Shown here in pieces: positions 51,935 through 64,000 of a DNA stretch of 64,000 nucleotides; positions within the stretch are counted from its first letter, which is position 1, and each line of letters opens with the position of its first letter. The notes under the pieces are model-generated. The model was not told where the DNA came from. It saw nothing but the letters and a program-made list of their open reading frames with translations, and made no database searches. Position numbers and translations under genes: made by a program. The stretch comes from the human T2T-CHM13v2.0 reference genome, Homo sapiens: NCBI RefSeq assembly GCF_009914755.1, contig NC_060947.1. One strand, 5' to 3'.

Positions 51935-52036
51935 GTCAGACTTTCAGCCCCTTTAATTAGGTGCTCTGAGAAGAGGTCAGAATGGCAGGCAGGGGGTGGG
52001 GAAGGCGGTGCTTCTTGAGCCCCACTTAGCAACTGG
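51935..52036 (-). terminator. NDUFB11: NDUFB11 3' UTR and poly(A) signal
   Basis: ATTAAA on the minus strand at 51952-51957, about 80 nt after the stop codon. Confidence 0.8.
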
Positions 52037-52198
<162 letters not shown>

Positions 52199-52333
52199 TC
52201 AACTGATACCAATCCCTCATCTCAGCTCCCCATTCCCAATGGTGCAGGAACAAAACTCCTGGCAGAATCCCCTTCAACCTCCATCCCTGCCTCTGCCTCT
52301 TACCCATCCCACGCTCTTGGACACCCTGTGCAC

Positions 52334-52464
52334 CTGTAGTCAGGCAGATAGGCCACAAAGGTGCTGCCAAGGACCAGGATGATGGAGACGCCAAAGAAGA
52401 AGACAAGTCGCATGTTCCAGACGTCCAAAACGGGGTCCTTGTCATAACCATGGGAGTCTGGGTT
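52334..52464 (-). CDS. NDUFB11: NDUFB11 exon 2 (an alternative donor extends it to 52304)
   Basis: Encodes [43 protein letters not shown](R), including the transmembrane helix. Exons of 207+131+124 = 462 nt give 153 aa. Confidence 0.97.
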
Positions 52465-52559
52465 CTGTGGAGAAATAGAGGTCAATGAGGGCTTCCTGCT
52501 GCTCCACAAAGCCTTATTCTGGCCCTGCATAACTTGGTCTCCATGTGCCCCTCTCACTA

Positions 52560-53170
52560 AATTCCTCTGTTTCCATTCTTGGGATATGTCAAGCTCCTTC
52601 CCACTGCAGGGCCACTGCACTTGCTGCTCTCTCTGCCTGGAAAGCCTTTCTTCCAGCTCTAGTCATGGCTGGATCTGTCTCCTCATTCAAGGTTTTAGAT
52701 TCATCACCACTTCCTTCAGGAGGCACTCCCTAGTTACCTTGTCTTTCAAAGTTGAAGCATAGGAAACTGCTATTTTTATAGGTCACAAATGGTTGAATAC
52801 TGGCAATTTCTTATAGCTCAAGCTAATGAAATAGCCCCCTACACCCAAGTCATTCTCTATCCACTTATCTTGCTTAACTTTGTCTTCACATCCTCTCTTC
52901 CTTCTGTCTCTTTCTAGTCTATGTTTACCTAAGTAGCATACTTTCCCCATTCTCTGTATATCATACATTCTCATGTTATATTATCTATTATACTACTTTG
53001 TATTATTGTTTTCTAATATTTTACTGTTTATTTTCTGTCTTCCCCACTATCATGTAAGCTCTATGAGAGCATGGGCTTTGTCTGATTTCCACACTGCTGT
53101 ATCCCCAGGGCCCTGAACTGAGCCTGGCGTACAGCAGGCCCTCAATACATATTTACAGAATGAACAAGCA
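52560..53170 (+). mobile_element. L2 3'-end fragments in NDUFB11 intron 1
   Basis: gcacttgctgctctctctgcctggaaagcc...tgtaagctctatgagagca...gctgtatccccagggcc...aatgaa. Confidence 0.65.
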
Positions 53171-53559
53171 TCCTATATATCCAAGCCCCTTAACCAGAGG
53201 TTAGTATTGATGAAGTACTTATTATGTGCCAGTCTTTTCACATAGAAACACCTCACAATATCTCAGTGAGGTGAAACATGGCAATAATAAACACATTCTA
53301 GTGCTGAGTACATACTTACGAAGTGCCAGCTGCTGTTCTGACCATTTTTACTCATTTAATTACATGAGGCAGGTGGGGTGTCCTATTTTTTAGAAGGTGT
53401 CCTATTACTGTTCCCATCTTACAGACAAAGAAACTGAGGCACCAAGGGTTTATGCTACCAAGATCACACGGGTGGGTAACCGTCAGTGCTGCCTGATTTC
53501 ACAGCGTCTGCTATTAATACAGCACAGCAGACCTGGTAGCCCTAAATTCAAATACCAGT

Positions 53560-53725
53560 TCCACCTCCACCATGTATTCAGTTATGTGAGCTAGGGCAAT
53601 CCACTTAACATCTCTGTGCCTCAGTTTCCTCATCTGTAGGATGAGTATAATAATAGAGCCCACCTCGAAATGGGGTTTGTTTCGAGTATAAGATGAGCTA
53701 ATGCATGTCAAGTGTTTAGAACACA
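53560..53725 (+). mobile_element. MIR element
   Basis: MIR core cacttaacatctctgtgcctcagtttcctcatctgtag. Confidence 0.75.
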
Positions 53726-54092
53726 GACGGGGCCCGGAGCGGTGGCTCATGCCTGTAATCCCAGCACCTTGGGAGGCCGAGGCGAGAGGATCGCTTGAGC
53801 CAGGAGTTCGAGACCAGCCTGGGCAACATAGCGAGATCTCGTCCCTATAAAAAAAAAAAAAAGAATGCAGACGGCAACGAGCAAGTGCCATATCGGTGTT
53901 TAGTATTATCGTTGTACTATACTGCTTCTAACGTGTTTTGAGCGCTGTCCACTTGAGGTGTGATTTCTGTCTGCAAAATAAAACCAATCCTGCCTCTGGC
54001 CCTGGAACGAAGATACCGAGAGACAAAGGAGGAACACAAGGTAGGCAAAATTCCCAAGTCTTCTAGGCTTTCGCCGGCCGCGCAGTCCTCTA

Positions 54093-55000
<908 letters not shown>

Positions 55001-57080
55001 CTGGTGACTGTGGCCGGCTGGGAGTAGGCGGCAGTGAGTTTCCCTGGGAGGGCAGCGCGCTTGGCGCTTCTCCCCTCCCCCCGATCTGCCTCCAGTCTCG
55101 GACTTGGTTGTTGCGCGCTCCGGCTCCGGCTGAGCTGGGAGAGTTGGAGGAGGTGGCGGCGGGCAGAGGTGATGTCTGGGAGCCCTTCCTTGACAGCCCG
55201 GGCCGAGAAGGTGAGCGTCGACGCTGGTCGTGGGGGCGGAGGTAAGGGGCCCGGGGCGGGGACGTAGAGGAGGCGCGAGGGCGGACTTCGGGTCGGGGGA
55301 GATGCGCGGAACGGAGGGGTTGGTGCAATGTCTCAACCCGGGAGGGTTTTTTTTTTTTTGGTTTTTTTTTTTTTTTTTTTTTTTTTGGTGTGAGCAAAGG
55401 CGCGTGCGCGACTGGGACATGGGATGGGTGCATGCGGGTTGGGGGAAGGGAGGGACGGATGGGAGTGGGCTACTGTGGATCACTGTGTCGGCTACATCGA
55501 AGTTTATCAGTGGGGAAGCGGTTGTCTGCGACTTTGAGTTTGTGCATAGGAGAGGGGATGCTGCTCTGTGTTACTCTGGTGTTTATCGGTCCATGGGGAA
55601 ATATTCTGTGGTTCTGGTCTCTATTCCTGGGGGATCGGAGGGGGGATGTGACTCTGGTCTTTACCCTTTGAGGGGGGGCGGTCTGTGACTCTGATCCTTA
55701 TCCATGGGGCGGGGCTTGGGGGACGACTGTCTTTTGATTGACCCTAACCCACTTATTGGGTGGGAAGGGGCATGCAGGGAATGTGTGTGTGACTCATTGC
55801 CCCTTCTTTTGGGGAGTTTGTATCTGTGACACTGACGCTCATCCATGGAAAGGGGACCCACTGTGTAATTGTGGTCCTTACTGTGTGTTCCTTCTGTGAT
55901 GTGGGCCCGTAGTTATTTGGGGCTCGTGTCTGTGACTGGCCCTTGGCTGTGGTGGATGTTACTGTGTGACTCTGGCCCCTTTGCCAGAGTCTCTTGAAGG
56001 TTTTTGTGCTCTCAGACGCCAGTGCCTCTGTGTGATTCTAACTCTTGCCCACCTGGGAGCAGGTAACTCGGGTTCCCTGTGGCTTGAGGAGGAAGAGAAA
56101 ATTGGAGTGTGTTTGTCTGTGTATGTGTGTGCACGAGCATAGAGCAAAGGTGTGGCAGCAACCTAGTGTTGAGCAGGTGCTATTATTGCCTGGCTTTACC
56201 TGCTTCTTATTCAGAGGGTGGGGCCTGAAGATCTGGGATTCATCCTGACCTCTGGCTGGGTCACAGGGTTCTCAGGACTCCCTGAGTTCTCACCACAGCC
56301 CTGAGGGTTGGATGAAGTGGCTGCTGCTCCATCCCAATAGAAGAGCACAGTGGTTCAGAACAGCCTCCAAAAGGGCCCCTTTTGCCTCTGGAAAACGGGC
56401 TTGAGCCCTGGGGAGGGAACCACCTTAGGACCGGGCTGCACATAAGAGACAGGGCTCAGGGCTGAGCCAGTTGCTGTGTGAGGGCCAAGGCTGTGTTGGC
56501 CAGGAGCCCAGGGAGGTGGCAGCTGTCTCGTCGCCAAGTTCGCCCCTTCACACACCCCCCCAAGAGCCTTTCATGGTCTTTTGCTGCCTTATAGGGGACA
56601 GCCAGCAGCTTGTTGGGAGGATGAGATGGTCCCTTGGGGCCTGTGGAAGGAGCCTGGGGCCCCCATTGTTGTGAAGTCTTGTCTGATGTGCTGAATCTCA
56701 GGCAAGACTTTCAGCCCTGAGAGTCCCCTACCCCCACCCTGGGATGCAGCCCCAGGCTTGAATTTGTCTACCTGTCTTAGGTGGCAAAGCCCTGATCACA
56801 CTGTGGGTGGCCCCGCCAGGTCTCTCTGCAAGATGCCCCCTGTCTGCTGAAGTCCTTGCTGTTTTCTAGGGCAGTGGGCTCTAGCCTTATGTTTGCGGGG
56901 AAAGGGAGGAGCAGGCCAAGTAGGGGCTACCTTCATACTGTGATGCACAGGAGTGCTGGGAGCTGGAAGACAATGTCCCTGGGCTAAGGGGCAGCGGAGA
57001 GCCTTGACAATAAGAGTTTCTCAAGGAGGCCCTCTCAGTCCCAACAGTTTTGACCCCTTTCTTCCCTCCACTCTCCCCAG

Positions 57081-57222
57081 AGTCCCTGCAGGAAGCATCA
57101 CCCAGGCTGGCAGATCATGGTAGCAGCAGCGGGGGTGGCTGGGAAGTGAAACGGAGCCAGCGGCTGAGGAGGGGCCCCAGCAGCCCCCGAAGGCCCTATC
57201 AGGACATGGAGTATGAAAGACG
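57081..57222 (+). other. RBM10: RBM10 exon 2 (142 bp)
   Basis: Acceptor cttccctccactctccccAG ending at 57080. Donor CG|GTGAGT at 57222/57223. Confidence 0.9.
57206..57222 (+). CDS. RBM10: RNA-binding motif protein 10, first coding segment (MEYER-R); the rest of the gene lies beyond the window
   Basis: gacATGGAGTATGAAAGACG followed by a GT donor. MEYERR is the RBM10 N-terminus, and the position head-to-head with NDUFB11 agrees. Confidence 0.9.
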
Positions 57223-58309
57223 GTGAGTTATCTGTTCTCAGCTTCCCAGACAGCCTAGGCTTGCGTCTATGTGAGAATTGATCCAAGAAGGTGCTAGGAT
57301 GGGGCTTCTGGGTAGAGGAAACAGCATAGCAGATGATGGGTTTCTTTTCAGCAGACAGGTGTTTGGCACCTGTTGTGAGCCAGGACCTGTGCTAGGCTCT
57401 GATAGTGCAGTGATGAATGAGACATGAGATTGCATCCTTCTCAGTACTCAGGGTGTCACAGGGACGCTATGCAGTTAACGGGTGGGAGGTTGAGGTTGGG
57501 GCTATAGCCTGGGGTATGAGGGATGGGTGGGAATGGCACCATCAGAGTCAGGATTTGCCCGGGACCACTAGGGGACAAGCCAGGTCAGATAGTGGAAGAC
57601 TCCAGGGACAGTATGGGCTACAGTTGGCATGATACTTGCTGGGAATGGATACTCTCAGACAGTTATTTCTTCAGCTCTGCTATGAACAAGGAATAGCTGG
57701 AACACTGGGTAAAATACAGAAATCCTGAGTAAAATTCAGTGATCCCTCGCCATCCAGGTGATTCCGAGGCAGGTGACCCAGCCATGACACTTGAAGATTG
57801 CCTAGAAAAGCAGACCTAACTCTCTCAGAAAGCCTCTATTAAGACTCAAGAGTCAATAGCTTTATAAAAAGAGAAAATAATTTTTAAAATGTTTTACGAA
57901 GTGTTTCTTCTACCACCACTCCTTTTAAAAATGTAGAATTGTAATATTTTGTTTTCTGAAAAGTGAGCCCAAATTTGAGATAAGGTCATCACCTAGTGTT
58001 ATTCAGTCTTGGCTTTCATTAGAAATGTTTTTTGAAAGACATTTGATTTTGGACGGTATTCACTAGAAGTGCTCTGTGGCCATTTCTGAATTTGAGTAGC
58101 TGACATACATACTTTGTTCAAACTTTATTACCAAGTAAAACCATTGACTTTTAAAAGCCCTCAAGTGCAGAGGTTTGAGTTCATCATACTTTCCAGTTCA
58201 AGGTAGGTTTCTGTCATAGGTCAGCAAAAGGCTTCCTCTTGTCATGTTTATTTTTTCATTTTTATTCCCAATTCCCACCTCTGTGGGCAGCTGCTCTGTC
58301 GTGTTTGAT

Positions 58310-58657
58310 ATGTATCCTTCTATGATACATATCATAGAAAATGTATCCTTCTATGATACATATCATAGAAAATGTATCCTTCTATGATACATATCATAGA
58401 AAATGTATCCTTCTATGATACATATCATAGAAAATGTATCCTTCTATGATACATATCATAGAAAATGTATCCTTCTATGATACATATCATAGAAAATGTA
58501 TCCTTCTATGATACATATCATAGAAAATGTATCCTTCTATGATACATATCATAGAAAATGTATCCTTCTATGATACATATCATAGAAAATGTATCCTTCT
58601 ATGATACATATCATAGAAAATGTATCCTTCTATGATACATATCATAGAAAATGTATC
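58310..58657. repeat. Perfect 31-bp minisatellite, 11 copies, each with an internal palindrome
   Basis: Unit ATGTATCCTTCTATGATACATATCATAGAAA repeated from 58310 through 58650. Confidence 0.95.
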
Positions 58658-59025
58658 ATAGATTTATCATATAGATCATTTTCATATAAATGTATCATAT
58701 AGATACATGTATCATATAAATACATACATAAATGTATCATATAGATACATTTTCATAGAAAATGAAAATATGAAGTGTTGTTTTGAGTGACTGTGTTTTC
58801 AGTTGACACACATGGCATGGTGCCACAGTCTTCGTTTTGTTTCCTGAACTTTGTATTACTCAGAGTGGGAGGTTTTTTTTGTTTTTTGTTTTTTGTTTTG
58901 AGACAGGGTGTCTCTATGTTGCCCAGGCTGGTCTCAAACTCCTGGGCTCAGGCAATTCTCCTCCCTTGGCCTCCCAAAGTGCTGGGATTAAAGGCATGAG
59001 CCGCTGTAACTGGCCAACAGTGCTG

Positions 59026-59057
<32 letters not shown>

Positions 59058-59072
59058 GTTTCTTTGTTTTGA

Positions 59073-59231
<159 letters not shown>

Positions 59232-59477
59232 TAGTAGAGATGGGGTTTCTCCATGCTGGTCAGGCTGGTCTCGAACTCTCGACTTCAGGTGATCCTCCCA
59301 TCTTGGCCTCCCAAAGTGCTGGGATTATGGGCATGAGCCACCACACCCGGCACAGTGCTGTATTTTTAACATCTGTCTGTATTGCCATGTATATGTTACT
59401 ACTTTGTTTCTAATTGCTGGCAAGGGCATCATGGGGCATGTCTACTGAGTTTTACTTAATACTTCCCCCAAGAGTAG

Positions 59478-60066
<589 letters not shown>

Positions 60067-60159
60067 TAGCCAGGATGGTCTCGATCTCCTGACCTGGTGA
60101 TCCACCCGCCTTGGCCTCCCAAAATGCTAGGATTACAGGTGTGAGCCACTGCGCCCAGC

Positions 60160-64000
<3,841 letters not shown>

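Noticed and set aside
58310-58657. CRISPR array (31-bp palindromic repeat)
   Set aside because: The repeats are head-to-tail with no unique spacers, there are no cas genes, and the context is a primate intron.

Overview
Human (or closely related great-ape) genomic DNA matching the Xp11.3 RGN-NDUFB11-RBM10 interval. It holds the last three coding exons and 3' UTR of regucalcin (RGN, + strand, 1430-~3065) and the complete three-exon NDUFB11 gene (- strand, CDS 52037-54404). NDUFB11 shares a CpG-rich bidirectional promoter with RBM10 (+ strand), whose exons 1-2 and part of intron 2 are present. The ~49 kb between RGN and NDUFB11 is mostly Alu, L1, L2/MIR and LTR debris. It includes a solo LTR12C with an expanded 78-bp array, an ERVL (LTR40/HERVL40-like) remnant and a U12 snRNA retrocopy. 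Nearly all ORFs in the supplied track are Alu, microsatellite or tandem-repeat artefacts. I see no new multi-gene system. The most interesting items are: (i) a U12 snRNA + 3' flank + Alu chimeric retro-insertion bounded by one target-site duplication; (ii) several ancient degenerate tandem arrays and a recurring motif at 8.8-17 kb; (iii) an LTR12C array in which most CCAAT boxes are mutated; (iv) a ~96-bp inverted duplication next to an orphan promoter-like region; (v) a perfect palindromic 31-bp minisatellite in RBM10 intron 2; and (vi) a splice choice that turns one RBM10 upstream ATG into either a uORF or a 65-aa N-terminal extension. Repeat subfamily names come from recalled consensus sequences, and repeat boundaries are approximate unless a TSD is quoted.
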